From: Parasitella parasitica NRRL 2501
Lineage: Eukaryota > Fungi > Mucoromycota
Direction: 5' to 3'
Length of the DNA: 64,000 nucleotides
Assembly (NCBI GenBank): GCA_025201805.1
Contig: MU619369.1
Location: forward strand, 4,672 to 68,671
The translations under genes were made by a program, and so were the position numbers. The stretch's first letter is position 1; each line of letters begins with the position of its first letter. The notes beneath the pieces are model-generated. The model saw only the letters and a program-made list of their open reading frames with translations. It did no database searches and was not told the origin of the DNA. Shown piece by piece: positions 40,865 to 54,829 of the stretch.

Positions 40865-43104
40865 ATGTCAAGTACATCGCTATTCAAATGGATGGGTTTG
40901 GTAATTCGAATAGCCAATTTGAAGCCATGACAATAAACATCATATTCATGTCATATGCATTAGGGTCAGCAATCTGGAAATGGACATGGAGCAAAACCAG
41001 CTATTGATAACGATGCTGTTGATGAAGGAGAACGCTATTTCGGTCTAGAAAATGTAAGTTGCAATCTACTCTACAATTAGCCTTTCCGCTGATGGTCTTT
41101 CCTTTTTTTTTGTTGTTATTTTAGTTTGGTAATACATGGTAGGTACAATTGAATAAAGAAATACGTATAAGACCTAACAATTGAGAACAACAGTTATAGT
41201 AACTCGGTAGTTCAAGCTCTTTACTTTTGTAAACCATTTCGACAATGTGTATTGAATTTTCCACAAGTCAGCACAGCTCAACTTTTTACACCACAACCGA
41301 TACATCCTAATTCTCCTATGAGCAATGGACATTCGTATTTTCCAACGACAAGCTCGTCTACCACCTCTTCATCTCCTTCCTCGAATCCAAAAAGTGGGAC
41401 GAATACACCAAGTAAAGAGAATACTAATAAACGCTCGAGTAATACGACACCGGCTACCCAGCCAACTGTTATTGAGAAAGATCAAAATAATATGAATTTA
41501 GCTCCTGGTATGGAAGACACTCTTTTTTCCTCGCTAAAAGACTTATTTTGGAAAATATCACAAAATAAAAAGAAGAATGGAGTAATTGCACCTGTGAACT
41601 TTATCAACAAGGTCAAAAAAGAGAATGGTTGGTATTCTTAATACTTTTTGTATGCAGTGTGCTGATATTTATACACAGAGCTATTTCGATCAAGCATGCA
41701 TCAAGATGCTCATGAGTTTTTAAATTATACATTAAACACTATTGCCGAAGATGTCCAGAAATATCAACAAAAAATAGCAGATGAAAATGAGAGCAAGCAA
41801 GGAAGTACCAATAGTGATAGCCAAACCGACAGTACGGCAGGTACGATGTATTATCTTTGTGTACGGTATTGAAACCAACTCAACATTTGCGACAGGTACG
41901 GGACAAAACCCAAAGAACACATGGGTTCATCAATTATTCGAAGGTGTATTTTCGAATGAAACAAAATGCTTATCTTGTGAAACTGTAAGTTTGCTGCATC
42001 AAGTTTTGTCGAGATAACCAAACAACTATTAGGTCACTAGTAGAGATGAGTGTTTTATGGATTTATCGATAGATGTGGAAATGAATTCGTCTATTACATC
42101 TTGCCTAAGGCAATTCTCGGCAAGCGAAACATTATGCCATAAAAACAAATACTTCTGTGATGTTTGCTCCGGTCTTCAAGAAGCAGAAAAAAGGTAATAT
42201 CCTCATATGAATGCTGATGTTGTTGATTTTTAAAGAAATTTCGTCTAGAATGAAGATTAAGAAACTACCCAACATATTGGCACTTCATCTAAAGCGTTTC
42301 AAATATCAAGAGCAACTGCAAAAGTACATCAAATTAACTTATAGAGTGGTTTTTCCTTTTGAATTGAGATTATTCAACACAGTATGATTTAATGTATTGT
42401 ATTTTACTATAAAAGTACTAAACTAAAGTGATTAGAGTGACGATACCGAAGATGCCGATAGAATGTATGAGCTTTGGGGCATAGTAGTGCACATTGGAAG
42501 GTTTTTTTTTTTTTTTGAAATTCAAATCAAAGGCTCGACTTACTCATGTTTAATATAATAGTGGACCTCATCATGGACATTATGTTGCTATTATCAAAAG
42601 CAATGGCCAATGGATGCTTTTTGATGACGATGTAGTGACAGTAAGTACCTCTACTGTGAAATTTGAAAAGGACGATTTCAATTGAGACTATTCTAGCAAA
42701 TCCAAGAGGAGGATATTCAAAAGTACTTTAGCGATCTTCCGGGAAGTGGATCAGGATATGTCCTGTTTTATCAAGCAGTCGATTTGAATATGGATGCTAT
42801 TAATATAGGATTGGAAACAGCGAAAAAAATGGATGAAAGTAATAATAATCAAAGCAACGGCGGGCCATCAGCACTATCATTACAGCATCCCACTATTGCC
42901 ACTATTCCTGTAAATCCTTTGCGATCAGACAATAATAACGATAACCACTTTAATCTTAAATCACCTATACTGCAGAAAGAAGAGTGCAATGATATCCCTA
43001 CACCAGAATCGACTCCTCCGCCTGTATTCGCTCCTCAACCACAGCAGCCCGAAGAAAAGAAGACTAGATGGGGGTTAGGTCGTAAAAAGAGGGATAAAAA
43101 ATAA
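40865..43104 (+). CDS. Ubiquitin-specific protease of the USP12/USP46 (Ubp9/Ubp13/CreB) type
   Basis: [21 protein letters not shown]; HQDAHEFL; [16 protein letters not shown]; [26 protein letters not shown]; [12 protein letters not shown]. Confidence 0.92.
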
Positions 43105-43860
43105 AATAAAATTACGTTTATTTGTGGTATTACTAGCAATTTATATGGTTGATAATTACCCAAAATTCTTAAAATGAAAAGATCGTCTGTCATGTAAATC
43201 AAATGTTATGTCGCTTCCAACAAATTGTTCGACTTTGCTTACATTTCATATAAACGCATAAACGTTTTGATATACAGCGAAATAAGCTTCTTTTAAGCTT
43301 GACAAAAACATGCATGAATATCGCTATCTGAGCATAACTTACTCTCCACTGGGCGATGTGTCTATCAAAAGGTATGAGTAAAAATAGTTTTTATTTTCAT
43401 AATAATTCATCTTGAATACAAATATTTGGTTACAAATTCTGAAAACGTAACGAGAAGATTATCGCTAATGTATCAATTCCCCAACCGTACGTCAAATCCA
43501 AGTAAACTCACCCCAGAACAAAATCCAGGAACATATCTCAGTAGATCCCGTTCCATAATAAATTTTAATTTATCATGGCTTGCTTATGGACAATATAAAC
43601 AATAATCTATCGTCACATTCCCTAAATCACACCACACCTCACATCTACACTTTACCTTCCCATCAGTTCACTTGAATTCACTAGTAGTATATAATTAAAC
43701 AAGCATATTTTCCGTGTAATAAACAATTATTTCTTCACATTAATTCACAGCAGCAAATTGTTATATTTTTGAATAAAAGGTTTATGCGACGAAAAATTAT
43801 TACAGAAACGAAATGGCCATACATAGGATTGACCGCAGGACACTGTTTGTTGTACATTTT

Positions 43861-46800
43861 TTACTTGTCCTGAGATTTTACATCATCACCGTTCGTATTG
43901 TCATTCTTTTTCTCCCATTCCCCCTCTTCAATCAAGGTCTCCTCGTCTCCAACCGGCGCCAAGCGCTTTTTTGTAATGTTCTCCTCTTCAGTAGCAGCAG
44001 TGCCAGGAGCATGGTTTCTCTGAATAACCAAATCAGTCTCACCATTCTCTAGAGTTTCTACTGAGATCTTTGCAGTTTCTCCTGTGCGAACACCTCCATC
44101 GATCAATAGGCGAGCTAAAGGATTCAGCAATTTCTTTTGAATCAAGCGATTCAAGGGTCGAGCGCCGTACGCAGGATCATAACCACGTTCTCCTAACCAA
44201 TCTCTTGCCTTAATGTCAACGTCAATCTTAATACGGCGATCCGCTGTACGGCTCTCCACTTCCTTGATACGAACATCAACAATATCACGCAGAGCAGACT
44301 TTGAAAGTCGATTAAAGATTACCATTTCGTCAATGCGATTGACAAACTCGGGGGCGAAGCTGCGTCTAACAGCTTCCATAACGCTCTCCTTGGCACGAGC
44401 GCTGACAATGCCTTCTTGGTTCGTATCATGGACTAAGGCCTCAGCACCCAAGTTGGATGTCATGATAATGATTGTGTTACGGAAGTCGATCTTGCGGCCT
44501 TTAGTATCTGTCAAGACGCCATCATCAAGCACCTGTAATAAAATGTTGGATACGTCGTGATGTGCCTTTTCCATCTCATCAAGCAGAACAACAGCATATG
44601 GACGACGACGAACAGCTTCAGTCAATTCACCACCTTCTTCATGGCCGACATAACCTGGAGGGGAACCAATCAGGCGACTGACGCTGAACTTCTCCATATA
44701 TTCAGACATATCCACACGAACAATGGCGTTTTCTGTGTCAAACAAGAACTTTGCGATAGTCTTGCACAGCTCAGTCTTACCAACACCAGTGGGGCCTAGG
44801 AACAAGAACGAGGCGATGGGCTTGCTTGGATTTTGCAAGCCAGCACGACTCAAGCGAACAGCGTCAGCAACAGCGTGAATAGCTTCATCTTGACCTACGA
44901 CACGCTCTGTCATGACATCTTCCATGTGCAGCAGTTTCTCGCGCTCTCCCTTCATCAAGTTGCGTACTGGAATACCGGTCATTTGAGAAACTACACGAGC
45001 AATGTCGTTTGATGTTACTCTTTCGTGGATAAACGACTCGGTGTTCTCATCTTCGGCTTGATTTTCGGTGGGCAGTTTCTTTTCTAGGTTGGGAATGACA
45101 CCGTATCTCAATTCAGACGCACGCTGGAAGTTGCCAGCACGCTGGGCTTGCTCCAGATCAACACGAGCCTTTTCCAAATCTTCTTTCACCTTTTTGATTT
45201 CGTCCAGCTTCTGACGCTCGGTATTCCAAATCTCTGACAAACGCTTGCTTTCTTGTTGCTTGTCTTCGAGGTCCTGCTTCAATTTGTCACGACGTTCAAC
45301 AGACATGATATCGGTTTCTTTGCGCAAACTTTCTAGCTCGATTTGAAGCGTCATGATTTGACGGTCAAGGTTTTCCAGTGCTTCCGGCTTACTCTCTTGT
45401 TGCAGACGAAGCTTCGAACACGCCTCATCAATGAGGTCAATGGCCTTATCAGGAAGGAAGCGGTCTGCAATGTATCGATGAGAGTGAATAGCAGCAGCTA
45501 CAATGGCAGCATCAGAAATACGAACACCATGGTGCACTTCATAGCGCTCTTTAAGGCCACGTAAAATGGAGATTGTGTCTTGCACGGAGGGCTCTTCAAC
45601 CATAACTTGCTGGAAACGACGAGCCAAAGCAGGGTCTTGCATAATATACTTGCGATACTCATCAATTGTGGTAGCACCGACACATCGTAGTTGACCTCTA
45701 GCCAATGCAGGCTTTTTTTTTGTTTCAGCAAGTTGATAATTGTGTTTTTATACTGATAGTCCTTACCTTGAGCAAATTGCTTGCATCCATAGCGCCCTCT
45801 GATTTTCCCAATCCGAGCAATGTGTGAATTTCGTCCACAAACAGAATGATATTCCCTTCTGATTCAGACACCTCCTTCAAGACACCTTTAAGACGATCTT
45901 CAAATTCGCCGCTAGACAAATGTAAGTATACTGAGACTTGAAACATGACTTGGATTGACTAACCGATATTTTGCACCTGCGACAAGAGCCTAGCTTGAAA
46001 ATGTTAGTGGTTGCAATACATTTGCATGGATATATTTGACAGCTTACACCTAAATCCAAGGCAATTACTCGCTTCCCTTGGATTGATTCGGGTACTTCAT
46101 TCGCGACAATACGTTGAGCCAAACCCTATAAATTTGTTTTTTTTTTTTTTTTTCATGAGCGTTCTACCAAATCTCAATTCATGCAAATGGCTTTTACTTC
46201 AGCAATCGCGGTTTTACCGACACTAAATTTTTGTCATTCACAAACAAGGGTTAGATATTTGAATCATAATACACGCAATTCTTAAATCAACGTTTACCCT
46301 GCTTCACCAATCAATACTGGGTTATTCTTGGTACGTCGAGCCAATCTACATTACTCTGGCGTTAATGGCTTTCGCACAAAAACGTCGCAAAAACTTACAC
46401 TGTGATGGAAAATATAAGTATGCATCACCTTTATCAATTTTTCTACTACTATACCTTCCAAAGTTCGTCTAATCTCTTCATCCCGGCCGATGACAGGGTC
46501 TGTTTTGGTTAGGTTTTAGTAAATTATGTTATATAACAATCGTGATGGCATCTCTTCACAAGTCCGACATCGAAATATCCAGAACATTTGCCTTCATACA
46601 TACCCAGTTTTCCCTTCTCTGCCATTGCAGTGAGATCAATTCCCTAAAAAAAAGAATACCCCCATTAGAAAATACATCGTCATTCTGTTGAATAACAAAT
46701 AATTTTACGAATTGTTCTAGAGGTTTTTGCTGCTCCTGCTCTTGATTAGGATTCAATCTGAAGCCTTGTCCACCTTGCCCAGGTGTTCCTCCTGGCTTAA

Positions 46801-47034
46801 CGCATCAGAATACTTGTGCATGCATGTAATATATAGTCATCAACTACCATTATAAAATCGTTTGGCACCGTAATACGTGGCTAACATGGGCTGTCTCTTC
46901 AATGCAACAGCTATTAAGGAAGTCGCTTTGACAGTTCCCTCCAATGATTTGTTTGTCAAAATACGGCGTTCAATGTTTGCATGCAATTGACGTCGTGTTG
47001 CAACACTAAAATTTCTTTGTGAAAACCTCAACAT
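43861..47034 (-). CDS. HSP78: Mitochondrial ClpB-type disaggregase Hsp78
   Basis: Basic presequence [16 protein letters not shown]; no N-terminal Clp repeat domain; [13 protein letters not shown]; two AAA modules ([16 protein letters not shown]). Confidence 0.93.
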
Positions 47035-47254
47035 TGCTAATTTGGGAAGAAAAAAAATGCAAGAGAAAAGGATGAGATAAAAATTATCGGGAGCTTTTTT
47101 CGCATTTATATATGGTTTTGACAACAAGGCGGGGAAATCATGGCTCGGATGATATGCAGTAGACTGGCACCACTCTTGCTACCACGGTGACTAGATTAAA
47201 TTTTTGCTTGATTTTCAAGAGGGGAGGGCTGTTCCAATTTTCTCCAAAACAATC

Positions 47255-50032
47255 ATGTTTATACAAAGGACTTCCTTGTTGTTTTGTAAGCATATAAAAA
47301 CAACATCATATGGTTCCATATCGTGCGTCTATAAAAGATGGAACTCAAAAAGCTCTACTGAGGTAAGCATAGGCATTCAAGTTTGAAAGCTGGAGCATAA
47401 CGAATGTATCCTAGAAATTAAAAGGTGCCAATCCCAGCAAAGTGATCGATTTGACAGCATTTCCTGCAGAAAACATAAGAAACTTCAGCATCATTGCTCA
47501 TATAGGTAAAATGAAATACTAGTGTCTAGTTTGACATCATGCTTACTACGTTGAAACCGCAGATCATGGAAAAAGTACTTTGGCTGACAGGTAAAAAAAT
47601 TCTTCAAGGTCGGGTTGTGCAATAATTTTGAAGCTTGATGTATTTTGCGCTAGATTATTAGAGTTGACAAACACAATATCGGCAACAGGTTCGAATAAGC
47701 AAGTGCTGGATAAGCTGAAAGTCGAGCGAGAAAGAGGAATCACTGTAAAAGCTCAGGTAAGAAGGATCCAACCTTTCCTTGACAAAGATCCCACCCTTTC
47801 TTACCTGTTGCAACATGGTAGACAGTATCCATGTTTTATAGTCACAATGGCACAGAATACCTACTGAATCTAATTGACACGCCTGTATGTATGCACATTT
47901 CACTGATTAAGAGTCGTCAACTTATCCGTAGGATAGGGACATGTTGATTTTAGTTACGAAGTGTCAAGATCATTAGCTGCATGTCAAGGGACGCTGCTGT
48001 TGGTGGATGCTGCACAGGGCATCCAAGCACAAACAGTAGCAAACTTTTATTTGGCATTTGGAGAAGGATTAGAGATTATACCCGTCTTGAACAAGATTGA
48101 TTTGCCTGGTGCAGAACCCGAGCGAGTATTGAAGCAGATTGAAAGTGCTTTTGAGCTGAATACAGATGACATTCTGCAGATTTCTGCCAAATCAGGGATC
48201 AACATTGATAAAGTATTGCCGAGCGTTATTGAAAAAGTGCCGCCGCCAGCTGCGTCCATAGACAAGCCATTTCGAGCATTGCTGTTTGATTCGTGGTATG
48301 ATAAGTACGTTGGTGTAGTCTGTATGCTTGGAATGAAGGATGGTATGCTGCGAAAAGGCGACAAGGTTGTTTCTGCGCATTCTGACACTAAATACGAAAT
48401 CACTGAGATCGGCATCATGCACCCTGAGCAAGTACCCACAGGTTATTTGTAAGTGTGCCATCTGATCACCTGGTTTTCACTCACAAAAATATAGACATGC
48501 TGGTCAGGTTGGATATATTGTTTGTGGCATGAAAAGTGCGTCAGAGGCCCATATCGGTGATACCTTTCATCATTTGGGCCAAAAAGTAGAGATTTTACCA
48601 GGCTTTCAGCCTGCCCAATCCATGGTGTTTGCTGGCATCTTCCCTGTAGACACGAATGATTTCAGAAAATTGGATGAAAATATCAAGAAATTGACCTTAA
48701 ACGACGCCAGTGTCACGGTGCACAAAGAGACTAGCCATGCTCTTGGTCAAGGATGGCGATTAGGATTTCTGGGAACATTGCATATGGATGTGTTTAGACA
48801 GCGTCTGGAAAATGTAATTGCTTTCAGATGAGGTCAACATGTATGCTGACTAGACAGCTTTTTGATTTAGGAATACGATGCTAATATCATTGTGACACAA
48901 CCAACTGTGCCTTACAAAGGTACAATCCTGTCCTCAAATGGCAAGGAAATATACGCTCTCCATTAAACCTAGTTTTCGTTTTGTAGTCGTTTACCGAGAC
49001 GGCAGCTCGAAATTAGTAAGGAATCCAGCAGATTTTCCTGATCTCGAGGAGCGTTCATTCAAAGTGTCGAAATTGCAAGAACCTATGGTATTAGCAACCC
49101 TTATTTTCCCTGATGTAAGTTGCTATTGATAGCAACCAATTTTTAGTCTGACATGGGCGCGTAGGAATATATGGGTAAATTGATTGAATTATGCGGCGTA
49201 AGTAACAAGATAATTGGGCAATAGACGATAATTGACATTTACTGTGCAGTCTCGCAGAGGAGAGCAATTAGAATATGTGTATGTGGATGAAACACGTGTC
49301 ATGATGAAGTACAGAATTCCTCTTGCAGAAGTGGTGACAGACTTCTATGATGAACTCAAGAGCAGATCTTCTGGATACGCCTCCTTTGATTACGAAGACG
49401 GCGGATATGAAGATAGCGATTTAGTAAAGGTATCCTAATATCATCAAAAATATGTCAAATGTTGAATATTTACACCTCAAATGCTGGACAGATGAATGTT
49501 CTTTTGAATTCAAAGCCTGTCGATGCACTTTCTGTGATTTTGCATCGAAGCCAAGTTGACATTGTTGGCAGAGACTGGGTCAAGAGACTAAAAGGAGTCA
49601 TTCAGAGACAGCTGTTTGACGTTTCAATCCAAACTGCTTTAGGGACAAAGATCATTGCCAGAGAAACGTAAACGTTTGAATTATTGATGATCCTCACATG
49701 ATGCTAAACGTTTTTCTTTTCTTTTTACAGTGTATCCGCCATGCGTAAAAATGTCACGGCTAAATGCGTAAGCACATAAGATCAAAATGAAATGCTACAC
49801 TCACTTATAAAGCAATATATACAATATATAGTATGGTGGAGATGTCTCGCGAAAAATGAAGCTCCTGCAAAAGCAAAAGGAGGGCAAAAAAAGGATGAAA
49901 ATGATTGGTAATGATACATCGTACAACGGAAAGAGAAGGCTGTCATTTCTAATTTATCATCAACATTTAGGTAATGTAGAATTGCCTCAAAAAGCCTTTT
50001 ATGATTTCATGGATAAAAGTAAAAACTCTTGA
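47255..50032 (+). CDS. GUF1: Mitochondrial translation factor Guf1 (LepA/EF4)
   Basis: [20 protein letters not shown]; [11 protein letters not shown]; [15 protein letters not shown]; [11 protein letters not shown]; [31 protein letters not shown]. Confidence 0.96.
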
Positions 50033-50169
50033 AAGTTATAAGGTCTTGATGCCATTTTGTAAAAATAAATGACTTTGTAGATTTCTTCTTGCGCAGTTTG
50101 ACCGGATTTGAGCTTTTTGAACAGTTTTCCTTGCAGTCCAGTGGCATATTTTGTCCTTACGGCTTCAAA

Positions 50170-50710
50170 ACTATGGCATCTGTTTCTTCCCTTATTTCAT
50201 TTCTGTTGTAACTCGGGCGAAACTATTTTAGGACCATGGAAAGCAACTCCACCAGAGATTTCTAACTTGCTTAGTGGAAATAATGCTCTGTCGAAAGAGT
50301 TCAGAAAAAACATAAGGTTGTACAATAGTTCCTTAAGTTCCACTTCTTTGGGTGTTGATCTTGATCTCAACTTGGCCAACAAAAGAATTAGATCTTACAC
50401 TTTCCGTATTCAAAGAAGTGCTTATCATTTGATTGAATCTGCACTGCCTCAGAATGGATAGGAACCGAAATTTGCTCAGATCTATATTTTATGACGCTGC
50501 AGAGGAAATAAGTGATAAACATGCCGTAGCTTCACATCTTTCTAGCACAACTTTAGATTGCTTGCAACGTTTGATTCACAGGTTGAATCCTCACATACAA
50601 AATTTTAAGAGTATGATTGAAATCGCAGGCAGTCAAGCCAACTTCAAAGAATGGATAAGGCAATTTTGGTTCCCACCAAACTACGAGAGCGACTCAGATG
50701 ATGCCTAAAC
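50170..50710 (+). mobile_element. Degenerate Helitron Rep/helicase N-terminal fragment
   Basis: CCNSG..L...PP.I..LL.......FRKNIRLYNS.LS.TSLG; YTFRIQ...YHLI; (stop)EPKFAQIY.YD; LQRLIHRLNP.IQNFK. Contains an in-frame stop and a frameshift. Confidence 0.85.
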
Positions 50711-51379
50711 CTACATGAACTGAAGCACGACGTCTTTATTGCCTCAGTTCATTCCAAGGCCACATGTGCAAACTCATTATGAATCTACGACACATAATAA
50801 TAATAGTAATAACAATCAATTGATATTACTTATTACACCTAATGATATTGAAGATATTCAAGATTAATTATTCTATACGAAGCTTAAAGTTATACAATCT
50901 TTTTTTCTTTATTCAATGAAAAGGTCTCATGAATAATATTACAAACCTGACAAAGTAATTCGATACCATTAACCGCATCCATCATCTTCCTTGTTATCAC
51001 AAGCTTGTGTATATATACTCAAATTCAATTCGGTCAATAAAGCAAAGGTTACATTATATATGCATAGATATAGGCTAAACAGAATTCTTATTCAAAACAA
51101 GCATAATACTGTGTCATAAAAGTAGTAGTTTATTTGTATAAATATTAGCTGTTTGTCATAAATTAGGTAAATTATAGGGGATCAAGACATCAATTTTGAC
51201 ATCGGCGATTAGGAGAGAGTGACTGAGAAGGATTGATGTGAAAAAATCTATAGAAATATGAGCATAATAGTAAATTAAATTATCGTAACTATATAATAAT
51301 GTATAAAGTAATAGTAATAAGTTGTTGAAATGTTGAATAGGTTGAAAATTGGACCGAAATGATCCTATAATTCGTTCAT

Positions 51380-52189
51380 TTATGCTAACCCCTTCGGGGT
51401 CAAGCTAAGCTTAAGAGTGCTTCCACGGCGGCCAGTGATCAAATCCTCGAGCTCTTGTATTTTGCGTTGCTTCTCAACATCGTCTGTTTTGCTCTGAACG
51501 TTGTACGCCTTGATTTTGCTTGGCGTGGACCTGCTAGTACAGGGCTCCACAGATGCTACAGAAGGAGACCATGCGCCAACTTTACTGCTGCGAAGTCCTT
51601 TCAAGAGAAATTTACTGCCACTGCTGGCTTCTTTCTCGGCGTCCTTGTAAATGGTAGACGAGCAAGAGTGTCTTCGGCTACTCTTTTTCTTTTCAGAATT
51701 GCCTTTAACCACTCGAGGATCGCTTGCAACGGTGCGACGGGCCTCAGCATGGCGCATAGGGTTGTTGGTTGATCTAGTGTTTTGTTGTTGCTGCTGTGAT
51801 ACTTCCAGAGTATGCACGGGACGTTTAAGGTTTTGCTTTGAGCCATTAGCTATTAGATGACGACGAGGGGAGGGAGAGATTGAATTAACCTTGGCGGGCA
51901 TTTTCTTTGCAAATGGGCTCTTTTGTTGAGGAATCGGCGGAGGTGCAGATAACGGCTGATAAAGCTCATAAGGCATTTCATTTTGATTCTTCTCGTCACA
52001 AAAAGCGTGAAATGCTGTTCTCGTAGGAGAAACCAAAGAAAAAATGCTTGTTGAATGTTGAAGGATTGGCGGGGAAATCTCTAAATGTGCAGCTGATTTG
52101 CGACCCAAAGACGTTTGATTTGTGTCAATTTGTTGTCGAAATATGCTTTTGAACTTGATGGAACGTTTTTGCTCAATGCTTTCAAGCAT
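51380..52189 (-). CDS. Hypothetical protein (269 aa), intronless, Ser/Pro/Lys-rich and probably disordered
   Basis: Long open frame. EISPPILQHST and the C-terminal ELEDLITGRRGSTLKLSLTP look like conserved short motifs; no domain recognised. Confidence 0.7.
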   Translation of the reverse strand: MLESIEQKRSIKFKSIFRQQIDTNQTSLGRKSAAHLEISPPILQHSTSIFSLVSPTRTAFHAFCDEKNQNEMPYELYQPLSAPPPIPQQKSPFAKKMPAKVNSISPSPRRHLIANGSKQNLKRPVHTLEVSQQQQQNTRSTNNPMRHAEARRTVASDPRVVKGNSEKKKSSRRHSCSSTIYKDAEKEASSGSKFLLKGLRSSKVGAWSPSVASVEPCTSRSTPSKIKAYNVQSKTDDVEKQRKIQELEDLITGRRGSTLKLSLTPKGLA

Positions 52190-52225
52190 TTCGTTGTTTT
52201 TAAAAAAATTTATTAAAGGAGAGGG

Positions 52226-52265
<40 letters not shown>

Positions 52266-54555
52266 CAAACAAAAAGAATGAAAAAGAATTTTTTGTTTGA
52301 AAGCTGTCGTTTTTAAATACAACAGAATACAGCTGTGTGCCTGCAAGAGTAACGGATGACAACCTTCCGTTTTAGGGAGGGCTGTCTTTTCTACTAAATT
52401 CATGTCACACCAGCTCGGTGTTGTGCCATATTTATATACAAGACATATCTGAATGGTGCGATACAACATGGTATTGTATAACGATTCTGAGTTGCGTTTA
52501 TCAACACTAGCCGTCCGATGTCGCTTCGCTTAATTATAGAGTCGCACTACTGGTTCACAGAAGACAGATTCTAATATCGCTTAAAGATGAGTGTTTTAAT
52601 GATGAAAGAATCTGATTACTATCAACTTTCAGGTTATGAAACAACTGCCTCAAAACAATTTGCTGAGATTAAGCCCTTTTTCATTCCCTATATGCAATAA
52701 CCAGATGTTTTATAGGAAACCCCAATAAATCCGTCAGCTGCTAAAAAAAACTAAATGGCACTGTATACTTCGAGTAATTACTACTTGGGATAACGATATA
52801 ATTTCATTATTATATCAACTTAATAATATGACTATAATGTTCCTGAGTAAACTAGCATTTCATTCATCCGAAGAAAAACGACTTTAATTTCCTAAAGAGG
52901 ATTCATTGTATTCTATAACTCTTTTTGTCTGTCTCCGAATAAATGCCTGATCATTTGACAGCAATTGATTGTTGTCAAATTGAGATGATGGCCATGGGAA
53001 ACAGTAGCTTATTCTCATTCTTCTTTGGCAAAGGCAAATGATATACTTATTATCAATTTTACTTGAGAGTTACTCTTGGTTACAGCATATAGTTTTTGGT
53101 TCATAGTAAATGAAGAGAGGGAAAGAAGAGTAAAAAATTGACTAACAGCATTTTGAAATTGTTATAGGTTTACACGAAAAAGTAGACATGTCGTTGTCAT
53201 ATTTGAGCACAAAAAAGTGCGTGAAAATATGTAGATCTGCAATTCTTACATATTATCTGCCACTTTGGAAGCAACACTCCAACTATACGGTTGTATTGCA
53301 TCTAGAGTGGTTTGACGGCGGTTGAGTATACACAAAAGCCTTCTGTTTCTTATTTCAAACTTCCATTTCTGTGCCGTAATCTGGCGGGAAAATATACATG
53401 ATGTATTATCAAGTGCTTTAAGATTATTATGGAAATGTTGTTTGAATTATTGGGTACACTATTATTTTATATTCGTTGACTATAAACCCAAGGTGACCTC
53501 AGGAACGATCAGAATCGAACAGTTGAGTTTTACCTATTTGCCACATTTATAATTGACAACTGATCTTCAGTTTTCATTTAATATTTCTGCTGATCCTATT
53601 AAAAAGGAAAGATCCAAAACCAAGGCAACATGCTTTTGGAGGTTGCAGTATGCATAATCTCAGAAAACCACATTCTCGTATTTTGATTTGAGAAAGTGGT
53701 TTATTCAAACGTGGTACCAATTGAATAACTATTAACTCCAAACATTTGTTTTCTCTAACCTATGATACTTTCTTATTTCATTATTAATTATCTAAAAAGG
53801 TGAAGGAAAGTAGCTAGAAATGTAAATATGTAAAATATCGTGATTCATCGTAAAAAACTGTTTACACATCACGTCTTTATAGTAATGCAAACAATTCTAC
53901 CTTCCACTGATATATAGTTCTCACTTGTTGGTTGTCAGATTTACAATAATTTTTTTGAAACGAATAGCTCAAAACTGTGTACATCTGAAAGATTTACTCC
54001 AAAATCTTCTTTTGTCAAAAGTAATGCACTTGACCCACAATTCGTATGTGAGAACTTGGTTAAAAGAGGATGCCCCAAATAACATAGAACGGGCGTGATA
54101 TAATATTGCTTCCACATATTGGTAGATGACAAAATCAACTGTGCATGTCCATTGAAAAAGCATAAGATTATAGCTTATCACTTTATATTATATTTTTTCT
54201 GAGGATCAAACAACGGTTGAATGCAGATTATTTACTAATTGCAGTATAATTAAAAGTTGTCTGCAAAAGTCATGTAAATATGTTTATACTAGGTATAGCT
54301 GATTCTTACTATTGAAGCATAAGATACAATACTGTACACATGTCAACAGCAGCATTTATAACACAACCTTGTTGCTCGTAAACTAAATCCTGAATTTTTT
54401 ATTCCTCCATATCGTAAATACTATGTATTACCTAAAACAAATTCGACACCACACTTACACCAAACTGTACAGAGGAGTAGAGGTAATGTAGGCGAGTACT
54501 GCATAAAAGTCTGGTGGCACAGGGTTTCTCGAAATTATTCGTCCACTTGGTGAAG

Positions 54556-54748
54556 CAGTTACTGAAAAAAAATTCAAGTACTAGTCTAAGCGCAAACTTA
54601 ATGAAAAAATCGTGCACAAAAAGTAGCGAAGATCGAGCATTGTTTGAACAGGAAATTTATTTAATATAATTGAACACGCTTGAATTTTTTATCATTTTTC
54701 AGCTTGGATTGTCATTGCCTTCATGCTTGAATTTTTTTTCAGTAACTG
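54556..54748. repeat. 23-bp perfect inverted repeat (possible small MITE or TE terminus)
   Basis: CAGTTACTGAAAAAAAATTCAAG (54556-54578) versus CTTGAATTTTTTTTCAGTAACTG (54726-54748). Confidence 0.6.
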
Positions 54749-54829
54749 GTTGATTTTTTAATTTTTTATTGCTTGGAATTTTTTTCTCCAAGTGCACGAA
54801 TGATTTCGAGAAACCCTGTATATGGACTT

